The notes under the pieces: model-generated
Seen by the model: only the letters and a program-made list of their open reading frames with translations
Databases searched by the model: none
What the model was told of the DNA's origin: nothing
Made by a program: the position numbers and the translations under genes
Source: Candidatus Bathyarchaeia archaeon
Lineage (GTDB): Archaea > Thermoproteota > Bathyarchaeia > Bathyarchaeales > Bathycorpusculaceae
Direction of reading: 5' to 3'
Assembly (NCBI GenBank): GCA_050010755.1
Contig: JBEKKK010000002.1
Location: forward strand, 136,577-200,576
Length of the DNA stretch: 64,000 bases
In this document: in pieces, positions 19,757-29,149 of the stretch
Layout of the letters: each line of letters begins with the position of its first letter
Position numbering within the stretch: position 1 is the stretch's first letter

Positions 19757-20875
19757 TTATAGTGCTAGATTGAGCAGTTCGGCAATGTCCATGATTTGGA
19801 TTTTGCCCTCGGAGCCTGTAGTTTTGACGGCGTCTTCAAATGTTAATAGGCAGTATGGGCAGGCTGTGGCCAGGATTTCCGCTCCAGCTTCCACAGCGTC
19901 TTTAACGCGGGTTTCCGCTAAGCGTGGACCGGGAATGTCAACCCACATTCTTCCTCCGCCTCCTTCGCAGCAGACGCTTCGAGCTCGGGACCGGTCGAAC
20001 TCCAACAGTTTGACGCCAGGCACGCTTTCGATAACTTTTCTCGGTTCTTCGTATATGCCGTTTTGTTTGCCTAGGAAGCACGGGTCGTGATAGATGACTT
20101 TCTTGTTCACTTCCTTCGAAAACGCCAGTTTTTTATCTTCAATCAGCTTAGCGAGCAGTTGAGTGTGATGTTGTATTTCGAAGCTTGTCTGGTTGTACCT
20201 GTTCTTGAACGCGTGATAGCCGTGCGGGCAGCTTGTCACTGCTTGTTTGACATTGTACTTGTTGAAGGTTTTCATGTTCTCTTCAACCAGGAAGTCGAAA
20301 AGGCCTTTTTCTCCCATGCCGTAGACTTCGCTTCCGCAGCAGTTTTCTTCGTCGCCTAGAACACCGAAGTTCACCCCAGCCTTTGCAAGGACACACGCTA
20401 AGCTCTTGGCGACACTTTGGACTCGCGGATCATAAGCCGAGGTACAACCTACAAAGTATAGAACGTCTGCACCTTGCGACATGTGTTTCAGGTTCAGATC
20501 TTGAGCCCATTCTGACCTTTTGTTGCGGATTCTTCCCCATGGGTTGCCGTTCTTGAATATGCTTTCCAGCGCGTCTCTTATCGTCGGGGCGATTTGTCCT
20601 TCCTCAACGGCTATTCCGCGGATGTCAATCAAAAACTCGTACGGGTTCAAATCTTTTGGGCAACGGACGCCGCACGTGCTACAGGTTGTGCAGCTCCACA
20701 GCTCATTCTGAGAATGCTGAGTGAGCTTGCCCATTGTGGCAACTTCTCGCATGTACTTTCTGACGTTAAGGTTGGCTTTGCGGGCAACTGGGCAACTTCC
20801 CGTGCATGTTCCACACTGAATGCATTCGAGAAGCTTGTGTTTCTGAGTGAGTTCTTGAGCGTTCATGTTGCCCAT
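19757..20875 (-). CDS. Soluble HdrD/GlpC/FadF-like Fe-S oxidoreductase (2x[4Fe-4S] + two CCG domains)
   Basis: CIQCGTCTGSCP, CTTCSTCGVRCP, GNPWG, YFVGC, ENCCG, YHDPC, CCEGGGG, ACPYC; no TM segment. Confidence 0.85.
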   Translation of the reverse strand: MGNMNAQELTQKHKLLECIQCGTCTGSCPVARKANLNVRKYMREVATMGKLTQHSQNELWSCTTCSTCGVRCPKDLNPYEFLIDIRGIAVEEGQIAPTIRDALESIFKNGNPWGRIRNKRSEWAQDLNLKHMSQGADVLYFVGCTSAYDPRVQSVAKSLACVLAKAGVNFGVLGDEENCCGSEVYGMGEKGLFDFLVEENMKTFNKYNVKQAVTSCPHGYHAFKNRYNQTSFEIQHHTQLLAKLIEDKKLAFSKEVNKKVIYHDPCFLGKQNGIYEEPRKVIESVPGVKLLEFDRSRARSVCCEGGGGRMWVDIPGPRLAETRVKDAVEAGAEILATACPYCLLTFEDAVKTTGSEGKIQIMDIAELLNLAL

Positions 20876-20963
20876 CACTTTTATTTGAATGGGGAGCATA
20901 AGATTATTAAAGCGTTTTCCCGTGAATTGTTTGAAACATATCATGCAAAAGGAGATTTCACCC

Positions 20964-23330
20964 ATGGAGAAGAAATCGCCAAAAATCGGCGTTTTCGTCT
21001 GCGAATGTGGAGGCAACATCGGGGAAGTTGTGGATGTCAAGACGGTCGTTGATACTGTTAAGACATGGGAAGGTGTTGCCGTAGCAAAATATCACAAGTA
21101 TCTGTGCTCGAAACCGGCTCAGGAAATGATTCTCGACGCAGTGAAAAAAGAAAATCTGGACCGAGTTGTGGTTGCAAGCTGCACGCCGCGCATGCATCTT
21201 GCCACTTTTCAGAGTGTCTTGGAACGGGCTGGATTGAACCCGTTTATGCTTGAATTCGTTAACATAAGGGAGCAGGACTCATGGATATTGGGGCCGCACC
21301 CGTCGCCTGAAGCAACGAAGAAAGCCATCAGCTTGATAAGAGGCGGCTACGAGAGAAGCCGCGAGCTTGAGCCTTTGCAGCCTATAAGCGAGAAGGGCTC
21401 CAGAGAAATTCTCATCATCGGTGGAGGAATCGCTGGCATAACTTCAGCCCTTGAGCTTGGATATTTGGGTTACAAGGTTGACCTTGTCGAACGAAAGTCC
21501 AGCCTAGGCGGCAACATGGCTAAACTGACGAAGGTTTTTCCAACTCTGGACTGTGCCCAGTGCATTCTGACGCCAAGGATGGCGGAAGTGGGAAGAAACA
21601 CAAACGTCAACCTTTACACTTACGCTGAAGTTGAAGAAGTCAGCGGAAGACCGGGCAACTATGATGTAAAGATACACATGAAACCCCGTGGCGTTGACGT
21701 TCAGAAATGCAGAAGTTGCGGTGTCTGCGCAAAAGTTTGTCCGGTACCAGTTTCAGACGAGTTTAATGAAGGTTGGTCCCAACGAAAGGCAGCATACATC
21801 GAGTTTCCACAAGCTGTCCCATCAGCCTACACCATCGACTTCAGCGCGTGCACAAAATGCGGAAAATGTGAGCAGCTTTGTCCAGCCAAGGCCATAAGCT
21901 TGGCAGATCCTGGAAGCACCGTCAACCTTCACGTCGGCGGCATAATAGTCGCCACCGGCTATCAACTCTATGATGCTAAGAAACTCGAAACCTACGGATA
22001 CGGCACTTACAAAGACGTTATCACAATGATGGATCTGGAGCGGTTCGTCTCAGCAACAGGGCCGACAAGTGGCTACATCAAGAAAGCCGACGGCACCGAC
22101 GTTAAACGCATGGCGATAGTGCTCTGTGCAGGCTCACGGGACAAGAACTACGTCCCCTATTGCAGCAGGATCTGCTGCATGTACTCTTTAAAGCAGGCCT
22201 TTGTGCTCAAAAAAATGCTCGGCATAGACGTGAGCATCTACTATACGGACATCAGAGCAACGGGCAGAGGCTACGAGGATCTCTACTGGCGAGACCAGGA
22301 AGCTGGTGTCACATTTATCCGCGGAAAGGTGGCTGAGGTTTACAAGAACGCCAAGGATGGCAAGCTCGTTGCCGTTGCGGAAGACACGATAACGGGCGAG
22401 GTGACCGAGGAAGAGTTCGACATGATTGCCTTGGCCACGCCCATGGTTCCGCCCTCAGGGTTGAAGGAGCTTGCCGAGAAGATGAAAGTCAGCGTCAGCG
22501 AAGACGGCTTCGTCACGGAAAAGCATCCTAAACTCGACCCTGTCGATTCGCTTGTTACTGGCATCTATGCGTGCGGTTGCGCCCTAAGTCCAAAAGATGT
22601 GAGAGACACGGTTTCGGACGGTTTGGCTGCATCAGCGAAGGCGGCGTTGTTCCTGAAGAGCGACTACGTTACGACAAGTCCGGAGAAAGCTTTCGTCATC
22701 AGCGACTTGTGCAACGGCTGCAAAGGTTGTGTTCCAACCTGTCCAACAAACGCGATAAGCATGCAGGACGGAAAAGCCAAGATTGACCCGTTCCTGTGCA
22801 CAGGCTGCGGCGCGTGCATACCCGTCTGTCCTCAAGAGGCTATCGACTTCAAGAACGCGACGACCAAGGAGATAAGAGCAAGTCTACGAGGAGTACTTGC
22901 AGAAAAGCAGCCGGGCGAGGTCAGAGTCGTTGCCTTCGTGGACAAGAACGTTGGCTACACAGGCATGGACTTTCTAGGCCTAGACCGCACAAACTACCCT
23001 GAAAACATCCGCATCGTACCAGTCCCAACCACCGCCATCCTGAGCTTGAAACATCTTCTATACGCATTCGCATACGGGGCCGACGGTGTTCTGGTCATCG
23101 AAGGAACGCAGGAAATCGACGAAAAGTTTACGAAAAAGAAAATGATCGACATGGGAAAAGAACTGGCGAAATACAATGTTGAAAGCATGAGAGTACGCTA
23201 CAGCTACGTTCCTCTTCCAGTTTATAAGAAGGCAGCAGAACTTTTCACCATGTTCACGGATAGAATCAAGAAGTTCGGTCCGTTTCCGGAAGAAAAACGC
23301 AACGCAATAAAACAAAAGCTTGGCCTGTAA
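20964..23330 (+). CDS. hdrA: Full-length HdrA-like flavoprotein with degenerate (Cys-less) C-terminal MvhD-like domain
   Basis: GVFVCECGGNI, ASCTPRMH, NIREQ, GGGIAG, FPTLDCAQC, CAGSRD, YCSRICCM, HPKLDPVD; GGAG RBS before ATG 20964. Confidence 0.88.
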   Translation: MEKKSPKIGVFVCECGGNIGEVVDVKTVVDTVKTWEGVAVAKYHKYLCSKPAQEMILDAVKKENLDRVVVASCTPRMHLATFQSVLERAGLNPFMLEFVNIREQDSWILGPHPSPEATKKAISLIRGGYERSRELEPLQPISEKGSREILIIGGGIAGITSALELGYLGYKVDLVERKSSLGGNMAKLTKVFPTLDCAQCILTPRMAEVGRNTNVNLYTYAEVEEVSGRPGNYDVKIHMKPRGVDVQKCRSCGVCAKVCPVPVSDEFNEGWSQRKAAYIEFPQAVPSAYTIDFSACTKCGKCEQLCPAKAISLADPGSTVNLHVGGIIVATGYQLYDAKKLETYGYGTYKDVITMMDLERFVSATGPTSGYIKKADGTDVKRMAIVLCAGSRDKNYVPYCSRICCMYSLKQAFVLKKMLGIDVSIYYTDIRATGRGYEDLYWRDQEAGVTFIRGKVAEVYKNAKDGKLVAVAEDTITGEVTEEEFDMIALATPMVPPSGLKELAEKMKVSVSEDGFVTEKHPKLDPVDSLVTGIYACGCALSPKDVRDTVSDGLAASAKAALFLKSDYVTTSPEKAFVISDLCNGCKGCVPTCPTNAISMQDGKAKIDPFLCTGCGACIPVCPQEAIDFKNATTKEIRASLRGVLAEKQPGEVRVVAFVDKNVGYTGMDFLGLDRTNYPENIRIVPVPTTAILSLKHLLYAFAYGADGVLVIEGTQEIDEKFTKKKMIDMGKELAKYNVESMRVRYSYVPLPVYKKAAELFTMFTDRIKKFGPFPEEKRNAIKQKLGL

Positions 23331-23570
23331 ACATCGTCTTCACTTCCATTCAAACAGTGGATATTTTTCTATTTGTCCTTCTCTGTTTTTGACTGTGAAA
23401 CAGCCTTTTTCTATTCCTAAATAAAAACCAAAGCCTTCCAAAGCAATCTTTACGGTTTTGGTCTTCATTTTCTTCTCTTCTTTAACAAATAAGGATGAAG
23501 AAAGCTTCTTATAACATCATACCAAGTTGTATTATAGAAGATAGTTCTAGCGCAGTTGAAATGTGTTGTG

Positions 23571-23600
23571 CTTGACGTCAAGAGGTAAAGGTTTCTTTAC
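23571..23600. promoter_or_regulatory. Two adjacent inverted repeats upstream of the wHTH gene (candidate operator)
   Basis: Perfect palindrome CTTGACGTCAAG (23571-23582) and GTAAAG-N4-CTTTAC (23585-23600). Confidence 0.35.
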
Positions 23601-23647
23601 GAAAATGCTTATCTCAGATGATACGGCAGAGACTATTTGGTGGTGTG

Positions 23648-24595
23648 ATGTCCTCTTCTGAAGAAGACTCTTACTCGATGATATTTGCGTCGTTGAAACA
23701 TCCCATTAGGAGAAAGATACTTCGCATTCTGTCATCTGAAGCGCAGACTTTTTCAGACTTGCAGAAACAGTTCAAGATAGAAAGCTCACATCTCACCTAT
23801 CACATTGATGGCTTGGGAAACCTTCTCTATAAGACTGAAGACGGTAAGTATGCTTTGTCTTCTCTGGGTGAAGCCGCAATTTCAACGATCACGAAGGTTG
23901 AGGACATTCCAACAACTGCGCGTCATCAATCGCAACAAACAAGACCAAAGAGAATCATAGGAAAAAGTGTTGCTATCGCGCTCGGCTTAATCTGTATTGT
24001 CCTGATAGCTTCCGTAGCATATTTCATTATATCTGACATTTCGGCACAGAACAGCTTTAACAATCTTCAAAACCAAAACGGACAACTTCAAGCTTGGCTG
24101 AATGGAAACGAGACGTTGCTTAATCAGACCCAAACATGGTTGATTGGAAACGGAACGTTGCTTAACCAGACACAAGTCAACAACGCAAATCTGCAAAATC
24201 AGAATGCAAATTTAACCAATCAGGTTAACAACCTGAGGGCACCAAACCTAGTTGAAGTCAACTTAACGGCTAATGTGAACCAGACCACGATTAGCGGCGT
24301 TCCGTACTTTACACTTCAAGTTTCTGGATACCTTTTCAATACTGGCACGAACACAGCATATGACTGTGAGTTCCAACCTATCTTGTATTACTACCAAAAC
24401 ACAATCCGCAAAGAGACAGTAATGTATATTCTCGGACCTTATCCTCTAGGAAACCTAACAAGTTATTCATGGACAGTTCTAAATTGGTCAATAACCGATG
24501 TCGGAACTCTAATAAACTGGACAATAACGCCCGCATGGGATGGACACACAAACGGAATAATCATGTTTCCTTCATTTCTACCTCCCGCTCCGTAA
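23648..24595 (+). CDS. Membrane-anchored ArsR-like winged-HTH protein (wHTH-TM-coiled coil-extracellular beta domain)
   Basis: IFASLKHPIRRKILRIL...SSHLTYHIDGLGNLL...GKYALSSLG, one TM (VAIALGLICIVLIASVAYFII), N/Q-rich heptads, many NxS/T sequons. Confidence 0.8.
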   Translation: MSSSEEDSYSMIFASLKHPIRRKILRILSSEAQTFSDLQKQFKIESSHLTYHIDGLGNLLYKTEDGKYALSSLGEAAISTITKVEDIPTTARHQSQQTRPKRIIGKSVAIALGLICIVLIASVAYFIISDISAQNSFNNLQNQNGQLQAWLNGNETLLNQTQTWLIGNGTLLNQTQVNNANLQNQNANLTNQVNNLRAPNLVEVNLTANVNQTTISGVPYFTLQVSGYLFNTGTNTAYDCEFQPILYYYQNTIRKETVMYILGPYPLGNLTSYSWTVLNWSITDVGTLINWTITPAWDGHTNGIIMFPSFLPPAP

Positions 24596-24966
24596 TTCAC
24601 TTTGGGTTTGGGGGGTAAAGTTTTATCTTTTTCTCTCTCCTCTCCATCAAAATAGACGTTTGTTACTTATTTATTCTTCTTTTAGGTTCTGTCAAGTCTT
24701 CAGTTGATGGTTGTCCCTGTCAACTTTCGGTTGATGATGTCTAAAAGAGGTTCTGTTAACTCTTCGGCGCTTTAAGAAATTTGTTAACTGTCGGCGCTTT
24801 TGTGCATTCTACAAAACCTAAATATCGTGCGTTCGTAATTGTTGCCTTTGGTGAGTTTTTGCCTAAAGATAAACCTCGCAAGTGCATCGAGGAAAAAAAA
24901 AGAAGAGCAACTAGACGAACAAACCGAGCGTGACGACTACTGATTCTGTTCAATTAAGGTACATGG

Positions 24967-26208
24967 TTAATTTTTCTGGGTTCTTCTTTTTTTTGCGATG
25001 ATGACTGCGGACAAGGCTATGAATATGGAGATAACTAACGTAATTCCAGGTAATGTGCTGGAAAACTCTGGTACTACGCTGAGAATGGAACCTATAGCGT
25101 AGAGGTTACCGTCATACGAGCCTACGTAGACTACGCCGTTGTCAATAGCTGGAGAAGAACTCACTTGGTCGCCTGTTGTGTAGCTCCATACGATTGCGCC
25201 AGTCGTAGCGTTCAGAGCGTAAAGGTTGTCGTCAGGGTAATCTGATCCTACGTAGACGATGCCGCTGGCAACGGCTGGGGAAGAATACACGAACGCGTTT
25301 GTTGTGTAGTTCCATACGAGGGCGCCTGTTGTACTGTTCAGGGCGTAAACAAGCCAGTCGTCTGATCCTACGTATACTATGCCGCTGGCAACGGCGGGAG
25401 AAGAGTTCACTTCGCTGCCTGTTGTGTAGTTCCATACGAGAGTGCCAGTGGAAGCGTTCAGGGCATAAACATTCCAGTCGGCTGATCCTACGTAGACTAT
25501 GTCGCCGGCAACAGCAGGTGAAGATTCTACATAAAAGTCGGTTGTGTAGGTCCATATGAGCTTGCCCGTTGTTGCGTTTAAGGCGTAAACGTTGTAGTCG
25601 TCTGAGCCCACGTAGACTATGCCATTAGCAACGGCTGGAGAGGAACTCACCTCATCGCCTGTTGTGTAGTTCCATACGAGTGCGCCAGTCGTGGCGTTTA
25701 AGGCGTAAACGTTGTAGTCGTCTGAGCCCACGTAGACCATGCCATTAGCGATAGCGGGGGAAGACTCTACGCCGCCGCCTGTTGTGTAGTTCCACACGAG
25801 AGCGCCCGTCGTAGCGTCGAAGGCGTAAACCTTGTCATCGAGTGAACCCACGTAGACGGCGCCGTTGGCAACAGTCGGAGAAGATGAGATGGATTTGCCT
25901 GTTGTGTAGTTCCATATGAGTGCGCCCGTCGTGACGTTGAAGGCGTAAAGGTTGCCGTCGTCTGAGCCCACGTAGACTATGCCGTTAGCAACTGCAGGAG
26001 AAGACTGCACTTGGTTGCCTGTTGTGTAGTTCCATAGGGTTTGGTTTGTTGTTAGCGCTGGTGATGTGGAATAGCCGGTGTGCGTCAGGTCGTGGTGAAA
26101 CATCGGCCAGTCGCCTACTGGAGCTGCTCTAGAATAAATATTCGCGGGAAACACTGAGACTAAGAACAAGAGGACTAGCACGAGACTAACAATCATTTCT
26201 TTTTTCAT
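24967..26208 (-). CDS. PQQ-like beta-propeller repeat surface protein with PEF-CTERM-like anchor
   Basis: Signal peptide, DWPMFHHDLTHTG, eight 40-aa SSPAVANGIVYVGSDD..YALNATTG..VWNYTT repeats, PEFSS-TM-KKRR. Confidence 0.9.
   Translation of the reverse strand: MKKEMIVSLVLVLLFLVSVFPANIYSRAAPVGDWPMFHHDLTHTGYSTSPALTTNQTLWNYTTGNQVQSSPAVANGIVYVGSDDGNLYAFNVTTGALIWNYTTGKSISSSPTVANGAVYVGSLDDKVYAFDATTGALVWNYTTGGGVESSPAIANGMVYVGSDDYNVYALNATTGALVWNYTTGDEVSSSPAVANGIVYVGSDDYNVYALNATTGKLIWTYTTDFYVESSPAVAGDIVYVGSADWNVYALNASTGTLVWNYTTGSEVNSSPAVASGIVYVGSDDWLVYALNSTTGALVWNYTTNAFVYSSPAVASGIVYVGSDYPDDNLYALNATTGAIVWSYTTGDQVSSSPAIDNGVVYVGSYDGNLYAIGSILSVVPEFSSTLPGITLVISIFIALSAVIIAKKRRTQKN
25101..26040. repeat. Intragenic 120-bp tandem repeat, about 8 copies
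   Basis: GTTGTGTAG anchor at 25301, 25421, 25541, 25661, 25781, 25901, 26021 and ~25175. Confidence 0.9.
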
Positions 26209-26581
26209 TTTTACTTCTCCTTCTATCATGCGAGATTTCGTTTAAACGGGAAGAACGCTCGGCACAGTTTAGCGTGCAGATGGCTCGTATAATTTCTATG
26301 ATATATATATTATTTATGGTTTGCGATACGATGTTTCAGCGCGCGCGCTTTTCTGTCAATGCGCTATTTCAATGGGCCCGTTTGATCGTATGTAAACTTG
26401 GAAGGCGAGTCAAAGCGCATATTCTGGAAACTTCCTTCAAACACGAAATTTCTCTCGGTGGATAGGATTGCAGTAATTTATCGAGAAAACTGGAATGTCG
26501 TGCGCATGACTTGAATGTGAGGTCGGTTTCAAGTAAACCTTAAGCATAACTGCAGTGTCCTATTCAAGTCGGTGAATCTCT

Positions 26582-27292
26582 GTGACTAGGGCTTTGTATC
26601 TGGAGGACAGTTATATCAAAGAATGTGATGCTGTTGTTGTTTTGGTGAATGAAGGGAAATACGTTGTCTTGGACCAAACTATTTTCTATCCGAAGGGAGG
26701 CGGTCAACCCTGTGATACTGGAAGAATCATCAGTGGAAATGAGGTTTACAACGTCGTTTACGTCGGCAAATTTTCCGGCGAAATCAGTCATGAGGTTGAC
26801 CGTCTGGGTTTGAAAGCAGTTGACAAAGTTCACTGCGTGTTAGACTGGGACCGGCGGTACAAGCTTATGCGGAGCCACACGGCAGCTCACCTCTTCGCTT
26901 CACTGCTTTGCAACGGCACAGGCGCGCTTGTCACAGGCAATCAGCTTGAAACCGACAAAATACGCTTCGACTTCAGCTTAGAACAATTCAATCCTGAAAT
27001 CCTAGAAAAATACCTGGCCAAAACGAACGAGCTACTCAAGAAAGACACGCCAGTAAGATCCTACGAACTTCCAAAAGAAGAAGCCCTCAAAATCCCCGGA
27101 GTAGTAAAAATGGCAGAAGCATTCCCACCGGACATCCCCCGCCTCCGCATCGTAGAACTAGTCGACCTTGACAAACAAGCCGACGGAGGAACTCACGTCA
27201 AGAACCTAAAAGAGGTCGGCCAAATAAAACTGCTCAAGACCGAAAACAAAGGAAAAAACAACAGAAGAATATACTTCACCTTAACGCCGTAA
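26582..27292 (+). CDS. alaX: Alanyl-tRNA editing protein AlaX (AlaX-M type)
   Basis: LYLEDSY, FYPKGGGQPCDTG, HTAAH, DGGTHV. Confidence 0.9.
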   Translation: MTRALYLEDSYIKECDAVVVLVNEGKYVVLDQTIFYPKGGGQPCDTGRIISGNEVYNVVYVGKFSGEISHEVDRLGLKAVDKVHCVLDWDRRYKLMRSHTAAHLFASLLCNGTGALVTGNQLETDKIRFDFSLEQFNPEILEKYLAKTNELLKKDTPVRSYELPKEEALKIPGVVKMAEAFPPDIPRLRIVELVDLDKQADGGTHVKNLKEVGQIKLLKTENKGKNNRRIYFTLTP

Positions 27293-27507
27293 CCTCCGGG
27301 AAACATCACAGAAAATCGGGCGCTTGTTGAAATCAGGCCATACAGAGGCTCCTCTCAACATGCAGGCTAGAATCGATCGGGAATCGATAATGTTTCAAGT
27401 GGCAGATCTTAGGCGTGTCTTGGCAAATGCTTTCTGGAAGGAGGCAAAACTTTTCAAACGTCAGATACTTATTCACACTACACTACGCCTTGGGAAGGTG
27501 AAAGCCT

Positions 27508-28992
27508 GTGTCTAAGAGCGAGCTGAGAATCCAGTATTCGGGTCTCATCATATTTGCGGCTCAGCTTATTAGCGTGGTCACAGGTTTGGTGTTCACTCTT
27601 TTGCTTTCAAGAAACATGACTCAATCTCAGTATGGTGTATGGGGAAACATCTCCGACGTGACGGGCTACTTCCTGTTGTTTTCAGGGTTTATTCCGTTTT
27701 GGGCATTACGGTTTGTCGCTCGGGGAGAAGAAGGTGCAATTAAGACAGCTTTTGTAGCAAACCTCACTTTGGCCATAGCTTCGGCCGCGGCCTACATACC
27801 ACTAGCCCCTCTTATCGCTGCGAGTCTTCACATCACTGAAACCAGTGTTTATGTCTTGGCATCAGGCCTGGTTGTCACCACCTACGCTGTTAACACGCTT
27901 GAATCTTGTTTGCGCGCAAAGCGACCTCAAGCAATAGGGTACGGCCTCCTGCTAGAGGAAGTCGTGAAACTTAGCTTGGCCTATTTGTTCATCGTGAGAT
28001 TTCACCAACTGTTTATAGGCGCCATGCTGAGCCTCATCCTGGCAGCCGCGTTTCAAACGCTGTTTTATTTGAAGCTCTTCTCGAAGGATCTCCGAGAAAA
28101 AGTCCAGTGGAGCTACGCTAGAGAATGGCTCAAGGGTTCCACAGCACTCATTTACAACGCTGTTGGAATACAATTGGGCAATTTCGTTCTCATTCTGCTT
28201 CTCATTTACGGAACCCAATCAGGCAGAGGCGACTACCTCGCAGCAACGACATTTGCAACCATCATCGGATATTCCTCGTCCCTAGCTTTCGCGCTCTACC
28301 CGAAATTGCTGGCTCAAAACAGCTTGAAAGAAATAACAGCATCTCTAAAAACAGTTTTGATGTTCGCGCTCCCCTTGGTCGCAATCGTGATCTCGATGTC
28401 ACCGTCCCTTTTAACGGTCCTTAAAATTGATTATCGCGGGGCTTGGCCCGTACTCGTCGTCCTGTCAATCGATGCGCTCATATCTCTGCTATCGACATTC
28501 TACACGAACGTGGTTTATGGCGTTGAAAAACTCGACGAAGAAGCAAAAATACCACTCCGAAAACTCGTAAAGAGTAAAATGTTCAAGCTTCTGACATTGC
28601 CATACATACAAGCCGCCATCACCCTCCCCACAGTACTGTATATTTTGAGTCAATTCGCGAACGGGCAGGCTGTGCAAGCAGCCACTTACGTGGCAATCAT
28701 CATCGCGGTTGCCCACGCGATCCTGTTTCTTCTAACATATCTCGTCATGGGATCATCGGTGAGAATAGTTGTCCCTTGGACGAGCATAGGAAAATACGTC
28801 TTTGCTTCATCCGTCACTGCGGTTATTCTATACGTGTTGCCTCACCCAGCGACGCTGCTTTTGACAATCGCCACCGCTGTACTGGGAGCAGCAGTATATG
28901 CTGCATTGGCTTTGGCAATCGACAGGGATGCGAGAATGCTGGTTCGTTCTATACTGCAGGAATTAGGGTTGATGCCTAAACCAATGGGCTAG
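27508..28992 (+). CDS. Polytopic membrane protein, probable MOP-superfamily flippase
   Basis: About 12-14 hydrophobic segments, LLSRNMTQSQYGVW start typical of Wzx-like exporters. Confidence 0.65.
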   Translation: MSKSELRIQYSGLIIFAAQLISVVTGLVFTLLLSRNMTQSQYGVWGNISDVTGYFLLFSGFIPFWALRFVARGEEGAIKTAFVANLTLAIASAAAYIPLAPLIAASLHITETSVYVLASGLVVTTYAVNTLESCLRAKRPQAIGYGLLLEEVVKLSLAYLFIVRFHQLFIGAMLSLILAAAFQTLFYLKLFSKDLREKVQWSYAREWLKGSTALIYNAVGIQLGNFVLILLLIYGTQSGRGDYLAATTFATIIGYSSSLAFALYPKLLAQNSLKEITASLKTVLMFALPLVAIVISMSPSLLTVLKIDYRGAWPVLVVLSIDALISLLSTFYTNVVYGVEKLDEEAKIPLRKLVKSKMFKLLTLPYIQAAITLPTVLYILSQFANGQAVQAATYVAIIIAVAHAILFLLTYLVMGSSVRIVVPWTSIGKYVFASSVTAVILYVLPHPATLLLTIATAVLGAAVYAALALAIDRDARMLVRSILQELGLMPKPMG

Positions 28993-29149
28993 TCGGGCGT
29001 TAGACCTGCTAGGCATGAAAAATGACTTTTCGGCTTGAGTGAAATAGCTTTAACTGGGGCTTTTCAATGTGGAAGGCAAAGATTTACAAGCAAAAGCTAT
29101 ATGAAAACAGCCTGCTAAAATATGTTCCATCATTTGGAGAGGAAAGCAT

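Noticed and set aside
2-23330. Methanogenesis or selenocysteine inference from Hdr genes
   Set aside because: No mcr/mtr genes in the window, Hdr-like proteins are common in non-methanogens, and the Hdr ORFs have no in-frame TGA
25101-26040. CRISPR or DGR interpretation of the 120-bp repeats
   Set aside because: In-frame protein repeats; no reverse transcriptase and no adenine-specific template/variable pair seen
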